From NCBI RefSeq assembly GCF_009914755.1, contig NC_060944.1: a DNA stretch of 64,000 nt. The stretch is one strand, 5' to 3'. This DNA comes from the human T2T-CHM13v2.0 reference genome, Homo sapiens. The position numbers were made by a program, and so were the translations under genes. Of the stretch, positions 1-13,550 are shown in pieces. Positions within the stretch are counted from its first letter, which is position 1. The number at the start of each line of letters is the position of its first letter. The notes under the pieces are model-generated. The model was not told the origin of the DNA. It made no database searches and saw nothing but the letters and a program-made list of their open reading frames with translations.

Positions 1-769
1 ATTTCCCTAAAGAAAGGTGGAAGAGCCAGTAACTACATTGAAAAGTCATATATAAAGACTTTTCAGCTTGTTATTTCCAAAGAAGTATTTTCAGAGAAAT
101 CAACTTCTGGCATCTGTTCATAAGGGTAGGTAACTTTCTCGGTGTATCCTTAGGCCTATCACGTTGTAAGTATTCAGCAAATTTTTTTGTTTTTTGCATT
201 TTCTGATACCAATGTTTTCAAACCAATTGGAAGGTAGAAGTGTTTTGCCAATGTAGAAGTTGTCTCTGGAATACCCGCCAACCCTCTTGAACTCTTAGTC
301 TGAGATGCAAGCTGCCATAGTTTATCTTCACTGAATGAATTATCCTACTCTAGATAAGTGAAATTTGCATTAGAAAAATGCTCCATGAAAGTTGGCAGAA
401 ATACCTTCTAGACTTGCCAGCAATTCATCTTTTGTTCTTTTTGCTAAATCCCTGTGGGACCATGTATCTTCCAGCATTGTAATAAAGGAATTTTCGTTTT
501 TATTTTCAAAAGAAAACAAAGATTAGTATTTGAGCTAGCCCTTCTGTTTTACAGATGAAAATCAAGAATACGTTTCAGGGACACTTTGTTATATAAATAC
601 TTCAAATCACAAAGACCAGAGGGACTATCGATATCACTCTACATGTAGGTTTTATTATATTGTGTGGGGCTTGATTTATGGGGAAAATGCACCCCCCAAC
701 ACAAATTTGATTTTTATAAATGGGCTTATAGAGACAAATCTTTCTTACAAAAATAGTCTATTTATTATC

Positions 770-1290
770 TGTAGGTACTTCTACCTCCAGGAAAGCTCCC
801 GAGGTTTACTCTTCACCCCTCCTATCTTGAAAGGGGGCCATACTTACAGACTCGCTTCCAAAGAATAGAGTATGGAAAGGTAGAAAGAATAACATAACAG
901 TGGAGAAGCCTAGCAGGCACCAGTTTTACCAAGTGATGAAGATCAACCTCACCAGAGATGTCATCTGGATATAATGTGCCACCTGATGTGATGGGATGAG
1001 AAGGGCACTTCACCCCTGTGGCTTTCTTCCCCAAAATCTATAACCCCAGCCCAATCATAAGCAAAAGATCACACAGGCCCAGATTGGGAACATTCTGCTG
1101 GTTATGAGGCCAGTACTCCTCAAGGCCCTTGAGGTCATGAAAAATAAATTCTGAGAAATTCACAGAACAGAAAGGACAGAGGAGAATATGACATCTAAAT
1201 GCAATGTGATAGCCTGGATTGAATCCTGGAACAGAAATAGGATGTTAATTTTTTTTTAAGTGAAATCTAACTGAAGCCTGGAATTTAGAA
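770..1290 (+). mobile_element. Old L1 3' UTR fragment (L1MC/L1MD-type)
   Basis: Contains ACAGTGGAGAAGCCTAGCAG...CAAGTGATGAAGATCAACCTCACC and CTAAATGCAATGTGATAGCCTGGATTGAATCCTGGAACAGAAA, typical of L1MC-type 3' ends. Boundaries approximate. Confidence 0.6.
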
Positions 1291-1744
1291 TTTTGTTTAA
1301 GATGGACTTATAAATAGGAAATTATACCTTTTCTATTAAATAAAACCTTTTTAACTTCTGAGAGATGTGAGGCATGAGACACACTCCACTCCCAAGTCTT
1401 ACCGTGCACACTTTATTTTTACACTGAGCCTACAATAAAAAGATCTTCACACCATCAGAGTGAACATGTCAATTGGAAAATAAAAACACAGAATGGTTTT
1501 CTCCTTTGTTGGAATGCTGACTGCATGTCAGAAACAGGCCTAAAAAGAATTTGCCTTTTGCTTGATAATTGTGAAAAATTATCACAGAACTAGGAACCTG
1601 ATTTTTTTAAAGCCTTATATAAATTCAAGCAAAAAGCAATGTGCTGAGTAATGGTGGATACAAGGCAAAGAGTAAATACAGATCTGCCAGAAGGAGAACA
1701 TCATCAAAATATAGTAAGAGAGATTGGAGGCAGTAAGGCAGGAA

Positions 1745-1955
1745 CTAACGTTTACACTGCTGCCATGTGCTAAACTCTCCGCTCAGCGTTTCCTAATAAG
1801 TGTCTACATTAGTTCTCCAAAAACCAAAAATCAATGCTGTAGATTTCATTAACCCATTTCACAGATTTAAAAACTAGAGTTCAGAGAAATTGAGTAACTT
1901 TCCCAAGATGGGATGTAGTAAACCTGAGATTCAAAGCAGGATTCATATCTCCAGA
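1745..1955 (-). mobile_element. MIR SINE
   Basis: CCCATTTCACAGATTTAAAAACTAGAGTTCAGAGAAATTGAGTAACTTTCCCAAG is the reverse complement of the MIR core. Confidence 0.7.
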
Positions 1956-2808
1956 AATGCATATTGTTTATGAAAATAATATTCCCCAAATGTCATTCTA
2001 AGTTATCAAAGTATCTGTGTACCACCTAAACTACCATTTCCTTTATACTCATCTGAGCAATCTGCTTTTTAACTAAAACATATGAACATGAATACATGTG
2101 TGGAGTGTGTGTGCATATGTGTGTTATGTTTGTACTCAGTACTACATATGCTACCAAAGCAAAAAGAACAAGCATTTCACTGTGAAAATTTAGAAAGTCA
2201 ATAGGGAGGGCCCTTTATAACAGGCAGCTTTGCTACAGTGGGGTTTCACCATAATCGATGTGCATAGAAGGGGCGTGTCAGAGCGTGGGTCGAGGTGTGG
2301 GCTGGAGAAGACGGTGGGCTAATCAGCAAATCTTTGATATGTGCTGGAGGTGAAGTACAAGGCACAAGCAGACTGCCTTTTGACAGTCACCTTATTTCAG
2401 TGATTCAATGAGGTCACTCATTGTTGACAAAGTGAGAATAATGTAGTTACAAACACTCCAAGGTCCATTACAATCCATCATGTTCTAACAGGCATCAAAG
2501 GAAGGAGACGCCACAAATTCCCCTTGCAATCAACTCCCAGTTTTAACTTCACTGGGAAGATTATTCCTAATACCTTTACTACAATTCTCCCAGTGTCTAC
2601 TGGCATTTGTTAAATCAATCAGCACAGTGACCCAGAATCCTCACCTTTCTCAGGCTGCTCCATGTTCAGGATACATCACACGAAAGTCACCTATCCTGGG
2701 GCCAGCACAGTTCTACAGCTATTTGGATTATGTGACTCTGCTCTAGGCCTTTGTAGGGCCATTTTTCCTTCTTGGAGCATCTTGCCTTTCACTTTCAGCT
2801 ATGCCCTT

Positions 2809-3177
2809 TGTATTAGTCTATTTTCACACTGCTATAAAGATGCTAGCTGAGACCAGGTAATTTATAAAGAAAAGAGGTTTAATTGACTCACAGTTCTGCA
2901 TGCCTGGGGAGGCCTCAAAAAACCTACAGTCATGACAGAAGGCAAAAGGGAAGCAAGGCACATCTTACATGGCAGCAGGAGAGAGAGTGAGTGAAGTGGG
3001 AAGCATCAGACATCTATCAACAACCAGATCTCATGAGAACTCCCTCACTATCATGAGAGCAACAGGGAGGAAACCACCCCCATGATCCAGTCACCTCCCA
3101 CCAGGTCCCTCCTTCAACATATGGGGATTAAAATTCAAGAAGAGACTTGGATAGGGACACAGAGCCAAACCATATCA
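2809..3177 (-). repeat. THE1D 3' LTR
   Basis: TGTATTAGTC...GAGCCAAACCATATCA, 369 bp. Confidence 0.9.
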
Positions 3178-4785
3178 TTCCACCCCTAGACTCTCCCAAA
3201 TCTCATGTTCTTTTCACATTTCAAAACCAATCATGCCTTCCCAGTAGTCCCCCAAAAAGTCTTTAACTCATTCCAGCACTAACTCGAAAGTCCAAGTCCA
3301 AAGTCTCATCTGACACAAGGCAAGTGCCTTCCACCTATGAGCCTGTAAAATAAAAAGCAAGTTAGTTACTTTCAAGATACAATGGGGGTACATGTATTGG
3401 GTAAATGTTCCCATTCCAAATAGGGGAAATTGGCCAAAACAATGGGGCCATAGGACCCTAGCAAGTCCGAATCTTGTCAGGGCAGTCATTAAACCTTAAA
3501 GCTCTGAAATGATCTCCTTTGACTCCATGTCTCACATCCAGTGCTTGCTGATGCAAGGGGTGGGTTCTCACGGCCTTGGGCAGCTCACCCCTGTGGCTCT
3601 GGAGGGTATAGCCCCTGTGGCTGCCTTCACAAGCTGGCGTTGAGTGCCTGTGGCTTTTCTAAGTGCGTGGTGCAAGCTGTCAGTGGATCGACCATTCTGG
3701 GAGCTGGAGGATGGTAGCCCTCTACTCATAGCTCCACTAGGCAGTGGTGCCCCAGTGGGGACTGTGTGTGTAGGCTCCGACCCCACATTTCCCTTCCACA
3801 CTGTCCTAGCACAGGTCTTCCATGAGGCCTGCACCCTTGCAGCAGACTTCTGTCTGGACATCCAGGCATTTCCATATATCCTCTGAAATCCAGGTGGAGG
3901 TTCCCAAAGCTCAACTCTTGTCTTGTGCATACCTGCAGGCCTAACACCACATGAAAGCCATCAAGGCTTGGGGCTTACACCCTCTGAAGCAATAGCCTGA
4001 GCTGTACCTTGGTCACTTTTAGCCATAGCTGGAGCTGGAGCAGCTGAGATGCAGGACACCAAGTCCCAAAACTGCAAAGAGCAGTGAAGTTATTTTTCCC
4101 TCTTAGGCCTCTGGGTTTGTGATGGGAGGGGCTGCTGTGAAGGTCTCTAACAAGCCCTGGAGACATTTTCCTCATTGTCTTGGCTCATAAGCTCCTTGTT
4201 ACTAATGCAAATTTCTGCAGCCAGCTTGAATTCCTCCACAGAAAATCAATTTTTCTTTTCTACCACATGTCCAGGCTGCAAATTTTCCAAACCTTTATTC
4301 TCTGCTTCCCATTTAAACAGAGGTTCTGATTTCAAAGCATCTCTTTGTGAATGTTGTTAACTGAACACTTTCAGAATAATTCAGGTCACCTCTTGAATGC
4401 TTTGCTGCTTAGAAATTTCTTCCGCCAGATACCCTAAATCATCTCTCTCAAGTTCAAAGTTCCACAGATCTCTAGGGTGGGGCAAAATGCCACCAGTCTC
4501 TTTGCTAAAGCATAGCATGAGTGACCTTCACTCTAGTTCCCAATAAGTTCCTTAACTCCATCTGAGACCACCTCAGCTTGGACTTCATTGTCCATATCAC
4601 TATCAGCATTTTGGTCAAAACAATTCAACAAGTCTCTAGGAAGTTCCAAACTTTTCAACATCCTCCTGTCTTTTTCTGAGCCCTTCAAACTCTTTCAACT
4701 TCTGCCCATTACCTAGTTCCAACATTGTTTACACATTTTCAGGTTATCTTTATAGCAGTGCCCCACAACCTCGGTACCAATTCTT

Positions 4786-5158
4786 TATATTATTCCATTC
4801 TCATACTGCTATAAGGATACTACCTGAGACTGGGTAATTTATTAAAAAAAAAAAAGGAGGTTTAATTGACTCACAGTTCTACATGGCTGGGGAGGCCTCC
4901 AGAAACTTAAAGTTATGGCAGAAGGTGAAGGGGAAGCAAGGCACGTCTTACATGGCAGCAGGAGAGAGAGCATGAAGGAGGAAACACCAGACACTTATCA
5001 ACAACCAGATCTCGTGAGAACTCCCTCACTATCACAAGAACAACATGGGGGAAACCACCTCCATGATCCAATCCCCTCCCACCAAATCCCTCCTTTGACA
5101 CATGGGGATTACAATTCAAGATGAGATTTGGGTGGGGACACAGAGCCAAACGATATCA
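4786..5158 (-). repeat. THE1D 5' LTR
   Basis: TATATTATTCC...GAGCCAAACGATATCA; follows the internal-region end GGTACCAATT. Confidence 0.9.
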
Positions 5159-5470
5159 CCCTTCACCTGGTTAACCCATAAATACCCATTCTTTGGTCCC
5201 AGCTTGTATGTCACTCCCTGCAGAAAGCTGTCCTGGACCTTGCTATCGTGTTTAGGACCCTTCTCTCTCTCTCCTGATACCTTCTGTTTTTCCTTACAGA
5301 GGAACTGAGTTACCATTGCCTGTGAGAGTGTCCATCTTTCCCACTGGCCTAGAGCTCCTCCAGGACAGAGACTACACTTTTTCCCTTTTTTTTTTTTCCA
5401 ACACTTGGTAACCAGCACAGTGTATACCAGATGCCAGTAAGTTAGTAAAGAATTGCTATATATACAAATA
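5159..5470 (+). mobile_element. L2 fragment interrupted by the THE1D provirus (other part about 2730-2808)
   Basis: CACCTGGTTAAC...CCAGCTTGTATGTCACTCCCTGCAGAAAGCTGTCCTGGACC and AGAGCTCCTCCAGGACAGAGACT resemble the L2 3' region. Confidence 0.55.
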
Positions 5471-5535
5471 AATAAGAGAATGATCAAAACTTCCCAATCA
5501 TCCAAAGATTGGTGATGCTATTTAAGGATCAGGGT

Positions 5536-6082
5536 AATGTCCACCAATAGATGAATTGACAGAGAAAATGTAGTATATCTATATAACAGAATACTATTCA
5601 GCATTAAAAAGGAAGGAAATCCCGTCATTTGTGACAACATGGATGAACCTGGAGGATATTATGCTAAGTGAAATAAGCCAGGCCCAGAAAGTCAAATACT
5701 GCATGATATCACTTACATGTAGAATCTAAAAACAATGAACTCATAAAAGCAGAGAGTAGAGTGATGGTTGCCAGGGAGTGGGGGTGGTGGTGGGGAGGGT
5801 TAGGGAGATGTTGGTCAAATGATACAAAATTTCAGTTAGATAGAAGGAATAAGTTCAAGAGAACTGTTTTACAACATGGTGACTTTAGTTAATTACAGTG
5901 TATTGTATACTTGAAAACTACTAAGATAATAGATTTGAAGTGCTCTCACTATAAAAAAACATATAAGAATATAGGAGGTAATGTATATGTTCATTAGCTC
6001 AAGTTAGCCATTCCACAGTATATGCGTATTTCAAAACAACAGGTTGTACACAATATATACAATTTGTTAATTGAAATAAATA
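5536..6082 (+). mobile_element. L1MA-type (L1MA7/8-like) 3' end
   Basis: ACAACATGGATGAACCTGGAGGATATTATGCTAAGTGAAATAAGCCAGG followed by the L1MA 3' UTR (GGAATAAGTTCAAGAGA...TTAGCCATTCCACA). Confidence 0.8.
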
Positions 6083-6969
6083 CAAATTCATCCCTCTGCT
6101 CCTCTGCCCCAGAGGGTAACAGCTATGTGAAGAATTAAAAAAAAAAAAAAAAAAAAAACAGGATGAGATTAGCAATGTCCATTTCTGTCAAGTAAATGGG
6201 AGGACCTAGGCCTTATAATGAGCTCATCACTTGAGTTTACTTTGTGCAGAACTAGCCTATATGGCTCTCTCATGTAACCAAAATGTATTTTTTAATAAAT
6301 GTATTGAGAAGAAGGAGCAATATCTGAACTAGGACAATCCCGTAACCCAGTCATTTCGTAGCAAAAATATATTCATTTGTTAACTGAGTGTCTGGCCTTC
6401 TGCTAAATGTTGTGGCTGATGTGGACAACCACGAGTTAGCAGCATGGTTGGGTGGACATAGCCAGCACACACAGAACAGGAGAATGAAAGATTTAAGGTG
6501 GTCTATATATAAATAACTGAGTGATAAATTGCCTGATATGCAGGAGTCTTAGCATGCACAAATTTAAAATTTTTCAGTTTCCATTCTTCATCCGGGATGC
6601 TGAAGGTCACTGTGTGGTCCATTTAAAGGGTTGGACTGTGGGAGTGAATCCCTTGAGCTAGTGCCTGACCTGTCATCTGGCCTCTACACATCAGCACAGC
6701 TTCATCATCCTCTGCCTGTCTTTCTATGTGCAATAATTGTAGCAAAGGGATAAGATATTGCAGATTCAGGTTAAGTTCATGGTCAATAGTAAAATAATAC
6801 TGATATAATGTACCATTGTACAGAGTTCATTTTAAGGGCAGAATTAACTTTAATGGTTTTATAGGCAACTTTAGTTTTATATTTATAGAGTGGTAATTGT
6901 GTGAGGAAGTCACTAAGACTTCTTAGTTTTTCTTTACTCAGCTTTGTGGGGAAAACTGTATGCTTCAGA

Positions 6970-7171
6970 GCAACAGTGAATAAACTAAATCTGGCCCACC
7001 ACCAGTAACTAAAGTTGTATCGGAACACAGCCATGCTCATTCATTTACGTATTGTCCATGGCCAATTGAATGCTATAATGGCAGAGTTGAGTAGTTGCAA
7101 CAGACACGGTATAGTCCAAAAACAAACTATTTACTATTTGGTTCTTCACAGAAAAGGGTTCTCAACACCTG
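6970..7171 (+). mobile_element. MER58A-like hAT-Charlie MITE
   Basis: GGAACACAGCCATGCTCATTCATTTACGTATTGTC...GGCAGAGTTGAGTAGTTGCAACAGA...TATTTACTATTTGG. Confidence 0.75.
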
Positions 7172-7447
7172 CTATAAAGATGCTCTCAAATTTAGAAGTT
7201 CACAAAATCTCATATTGAATCCCTTATGAAAACCAAGAATTGATTGTTAACTTGGAGGTTCACAAGAGAAAGAGGTGGGATGGGAGAATAGAAGGTAGAC
7301 AAAGAAAGATTCATAGGGAGAGAACTGCAGCTTTAATGCTGGTTAAACATTTGCATGAACCAAAAAAGACAACCCAAATCACTTTTTACAATTGTCTGCT
7401 TTTAGAAAAGAACACATTAGTTGCAGTTGTAAAAGAATAAACAGGTC

Positions 7448-7802
<355 letters not shown>

Positions 7803-8636
7803 CTACCTCTGGTTTTCTGGATGTTGAATGGTTGATATTTTATATTTCAGTCCTCAAATCATAAAGTATTTGAGCACCCAGTCTGAATATACTGGACAAA
7901 ATATATTTTTTGCATGTTTAACCTCCAAATGTGTATGCATTCAATAGTTATCTGGTAATTACTTATAGAATCAAAATAAAACAAAAATCAATTATTATGA
8001 GTGCAGATAATCTTTAACCTCACCCGCTCTGGTTGAGAGACATTTGAGAGTGGGAGTCCGGGCACAATCCAGAGTGGGAGTCAGATGCATGGAGGAGAGA
8101 AAAGGGAGCAGAATTTAGTATTTTAAATAATGCAGAAATCACCCTCCAACTCAGGCCAGAAGAGTGTTTTTATACCCTGAAAACTAAGGAGATCTATCAA
8201 CAAATTAACCACTGCAGTTACAGGAAATGTGGAGAGACAACATCTTGTAGAAAGCAGTCTCAATTATTTTACAAAATTTTGTTGCAGGTTCATTTGCACT
8301 GTAGAAAAGTTATTATTTCCAACTTTCGCATGGAATTTTCACAGTGTTATGTAGGTCACAAATAGCTAGAATGACAAAAATTCAATTATAAAATCTGTGT
8401 AATGGAGACAGGAAACTAGTGTAAATGCTGGAACTCAAACCATGACAATAGAAAGATCAAGAACTCCCTGCCTGTAATATTTCAGTTTTCATTCAAGAAA
8501 ATCGTTGACCAGTGTGGGCTTAGTGGATTGGCATGGAATGTGAATTTAGACAAGTCAGATTAGAGAAAGATCCAGAAGTAGGTGGAAGAAAGAAATAAAT
8601 CAGACACAATCGCTGGACTAGGATGACACCTTAGCC

Positions 8637-8810
8637 CCACATTTCTGAACCCTGGCTGCACAGTGAAGTCACCAGAGAGCTTTAAAGTATTACTAATGCC
8701 CAGATTCCATGCCTGGAGATTTGGATTTAATTGCTCTAGGGTGAAGATTGATGGTAGTTGTAAAAGCTTCCCAAGTTATTCCAGTGCAGGGTCAGCTTTG
8801 GGAACCACTA
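8637..8810. mobile_element. MER5A/B hAT-Charlie MITE
   Basis: CCTGGCTGCACAGTGAAGTCACCAGAGAGCTTTAAA...AAAAGCTTCCCAAGTTATTCCAGTGCAG...TTGGGAACCACT. Confidence 0.7.
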
Positions 8811-9363
8811 GCTTAACCACTGCATTTGGTATGAGAGACTGGTAATTGCTACTAGTCTCATCAAACAGTAAACTTGGAGCTTCCCTAACATCAATCATTC
8901 ACGTAACTATTTAGAGATTTTTGCCCTGTATCACTTATATTACTAATGTTTATAACATTTTTATTTAAATCAGCTCATTTTCTAAAACCTTAGGCTGATT
9001 TTAGCTTCATTCTAAACAGTAGTAACTGGAAAAATCACAAATGTGGTGTGCTGGTTGCATTTTTTTTTCCTGATACTTATTAAAATATGCAGTGTTAACA
9101 TGAGTGTGATACCAGTACACAAGTTGGTTTCAGGTGATAAAAACAATTTAGAAAAATTAAGCAATATATTACCTAAACCTACCTTGTATATAGATACTAC
9201 AGAATTCACAGTATTACACCACTCCTTCAATAGTGATCAAAAATATGTACCAAATATTCACCATATATAGTAAGTTATCATTTTGTTCAGTCATTAATTT
9301 GAATTATGTTATCTCTGCACTACTATATGGAGAAGAAAAGTTCCTTAGAAAATGAATAAGCCC

Positions 9364-9704
<341 letters not shown>

Positions 9705-10604
9705 TCAACAAGGCTTTGATATTCTCTGTGCAATGTGTATGTAATAATACTTGCAAAATTATATCGTACTAGATTTTTATGAACAAAATAATAAGTTATT
9801 GCAACAATCAAAACTATGAAATCTTCAGGAAGTTCTTGGGGCTTTATACTCCATTAAAACAGAGGTGTAATGATGTTATTAACTTGCTATTGATAAAAAT
9901 GTTTGGGAGTGGCTACTTATTAACTTAATAGCTATACCTAGAAAACAATATCATCTGGTGCAAATAAGTTTACTTCTTTCATTATAAATGATACTGATCT
10001 TTTTTTATTGGCTGGGAGATTTCTCTGAGCCTTTAATACGCAAATATAATTTGTGAATGTAAAGGAGACAGTCTTAGTTTATGGAATTTTTCAAGTTTGG
10101 TTGATTCTCCTTGGACCACCAGATAACGTTCCCAAGGAATTTGCTTTTCTACTACATGGTTTGAGAAACACCAGCCTACAATATAACTTTAAAAGCTATT
10201 CCTGCATTTAGTTCCAGTTATGTGGTCTATAGGTATGTTGAATTTGCCTATCAGTAAAACATATGTATTCTTCACTCTGTTTTGTTCACACAGAATAGAA
10301 CCCCCTTTTTAGCAAGTTGGGTTTCTGAGATGTCTTACGTGGAAATTAACTGCCAGGAAAAATCTCAGGGGAATTCTTTGCCTACATGATGTATATCACA
10401 CTTTGGGAGTCAAATAAGGCTCAGGGTCAACCCTGATATAGAAGGGAAAAGATTTCACAAAGTTTTGTAAGCCCCACTTTTACATGTTCATGGGACTGAC
10501 TTCCTACTTGAGGAGTGTGGACATAACATTATTTTACAGCAATTACTTGAAGCAATAGAAAAAAAAAAGAGATAAAAGAAAAATAATTCTGCAATTTTTT
10601 TTAG

Positions 10605-10901
<297 letters not shown>

Positions 10902-12961
10902 TAACTTTGGAAAACCCTCATGCCATCTCATCATTACAGATATACTATAATGTATTTTTTTAAATTTCCCTATTGTTTGATACTCAGGTTCCTCTTCCAA
11001 CCACAACAATAAACAATATTCAATGGACATTCTTTCATATAAACTTTTTATTCACCCACAAATATCTATGTGTCTATTATGTGTCCACCCTAGCATTAGG
11101 TTCTAGGAATTCAATGGTGAGCAAATAATTATGCGGTCTTTGCCCTTGAGAACTTATACCAAAGCATTTAAAATTTCAACCTTGAAAGTGCTTCAGATGA
11201 AGGTAGACTGTGGTATAGGAATATGAAATAAGATATTCTTTTGGGGGAGGCAAAGTGGGAATAAATAATTCTGAGGAGAAAGAAAGTTTTCTGCTTCTCT
11301 GAGCTTATTCCATTTATATTTTAATGTTAAGTAAGACTTCATATGATTGTGAATTCTTCAAACTATTCCAAATCTCAGGGTGTATGCTTACCACGTAAAC
11401 ACTCTGACTGTTCTAACAGGCTTATTGAGAATTAGAATTATTTGAATTAGATTAATTACCCTTTGGCAAGCAAACTGCACCTCATACAGGTCAGTGTTAA
11501 CTTTTCCTTATGTTACTCATAGTGACTGTCTTGGGACTGCCCATTCAGATAATTTTAAAATATTCTACTCTGCTTTGGACATTTGGAAAAAGAAAAGATT
11601 GTTCAGGGTCACTGTTTTCCATTCTTAGCCATGGCCTGAAGCACAGTGGAAGAGTCTGGATGGACTACAGGATGATTTCAGCTCATGCATCTGTAATGGG
11701 GATCTGATAAGTTTTCTGTCTTCTTCAAATGGTTCAATTTGTCAAAAAAATACCACCAACCATTTTTTCAGTTTTATTTATTTTCAGTCCTATCATAGTT
11801 TATAAATAAGGTTTTGTTGACTTGGAACAAATAGTGCATTTTTGCTGGAACAGAATGGGAAAAGAAAAGAAATGGTCTCCAATCTGATGAGAGAAGTGAC
11901 GAACAAAGGAACCCACGACAAAATAGCTGCGGAATACAAATGTCTGTGTGAAATGGCATAGGGGAAATTGTAAAAGAAAACTCCTCCAGGGGCCGGATCT
12001 CAGTAACACAGCATCATGGACTTATTTCTCATTTGCATGTACATCATTTCATGTCTTTTCTCTGAAAGTAAAATAAAGTCTTAAAACTTTTCTGCTGGGG
12101 AACATATTAAATTATGGAATCTTTCCAACCAGAAGTCACCATGGTGAAGAAATAAAAAAAAAAAATCAAGTTATGTATATTGCCTCTAAAATGACCATGA
12201 CTATGAATATGCAAAAGAAAGAATATGAGTTAACATGCTGATTGCAAAAGATAAAAGCACTGACTGTCCCTTAATAACAATAATGCCTCAAATTGGTGTG
12301 TTTTTCTCTGAATTTACTATTAACCATAAATCATCAAAAGACTTAATATTTTGCCTGGACTCATTTGTGTTTAATGTTCCAAGCAGACAGAGAAAGAGAC
12401 AGGATGTTTTTGTAAAGAAAATGATCCAGTGTTTAATGCTTTTCAAATCTCATTCTACTAACAGTACATCTTTCCCTAAATAGCTTACATTTTTATGGTC
12501 ATTCCATCACTGTGAATCTTATTGATTAATAGTACTCTTATTTATCATGAGTTTCAATTCTCAAGAACTTTATCTAATTGAGGTAGGTGTTTAGGCTTAT
12601 TGAAGGTCTTTTTTTGATAACTTATATAACCAGCTCAACAGGAGAGGAGGGTTTCTAATTGCCAGGTGAAGGAGGACTATATAAAAAGTAGGCAAATATT
12701 ATGGAAAACCTTTTCTCTAAATTGTCTAGCTAATACTAAAGAAGGTAAGCCTGGGCCTTATTTTTCAACTGTAGTATTGCTGTATGCTCTAGTTGGATTT
12801 ATAGGCCAATTCCAAACCCTCTGCTAGTCTTTTGTGATTCTTACCTTGCAAACATCTAGAGTCTTGGTTTTAGATTTTTTCTTGATACTAGATTATTTAG
12901 ATTCTAGAGAATAAAGCTAGAACACATTTCTTATTTTATAATTCTATGCTGGATGCAGCAG

Positions 12962-13550
12962 ATCTAGTTAAACTTTTTTTGGTTGCACAGGACAGAAGCA
13001 CATCTCAAATTTACTTAAGCTAAAGGGGGATTTCTTTATTTACATAGCTAAAAAGTGCAGAATTAGAATTGGCTGTCCACGTGGCTCGATCTACTGGGTC
13101 AAATGATGTCACCAAGACCTAGACTGTCTGTCTTCTCTGTTGTCCTCTATGTTGGCCTCAATTTTAGACCCCTTCTGGTAGAAGATGGCTGTCAACAGAG
13201 CCAGATTAATGGACTCCTAGGTTCAAGACTGCAAGAAAATGAAGTTCCTCTCACTCCACACTTGAAGAGATGTCCTGAACTTTTTGTGCCCAAACCCAAA
13301 CCAAACCCAAATATACAAGGAGGAAGAAATACTAGCCCCAGGTCATGTGAGCATCCCTAGAGCTGGGAGTAGAACAAGTCCCATTTCAACTGCTTTGACT
13401 TAAAAGACTGGTTCTCTCAGATAAAATTTGGTCTGTAACTAGAAGAAGAATAGATGGAAGTTAGACAGCAAATAAAATAATAAATAAGTCAATTAATTAA
13501 AGAAAATAAAACCAAAACAAACACATAAACATACAAATGTCTACTATAAT
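12962..13550. mobile_element. Ancient MaLR LTR (MLT1J/K-like)
   Basis: GGTTGCACAGGACAGAAGCACATCTCAAATTTACTTAAGC...GGTCAAATGATGTCACCAAGACC. Boundaries approximate. Confidence 0.5.

Larger units (their letters stand above)
2809..5158 (-). mobile_element. Full-length THE1D (ERVL-MaLR) provirus: LTR, about 1.6 kb internal region, LTR
   Basis: Two LTRs (2809-3177 and 4786-5158) that read TGATAT.GTTTGGCTCTGTGTCCC... on the minus strand. THE1-int sequence lies between them. Perfect 5-bp TSD CCCTT at 2804-2808 and 5159-5163. Confidence 0.9.

Noticed and set aside
3268-4360. Overlapping ORFs in the THE1 internal region
   Set aside because: THE1-int is a degenerate non-autonomous sequence; these are short chance or relic frames in GC-richer DNA.
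6100-6160. Poly(A) run as the tail of a processed pseudogene
   Set aside because: No upstream mRNA-like body and no TSD; it lies just downstream of an L1MA 3' end.
8830-8862. Small hairpin GAGACTGGTA...TACTAGTCTC (similar 8-bp inverted repeat CTCACTAA/TTAGTGAG near 44688-44712)
   Set aside because: Stems of 8-10 bp are expected by chance, and there is no supporting RNA-gene context.
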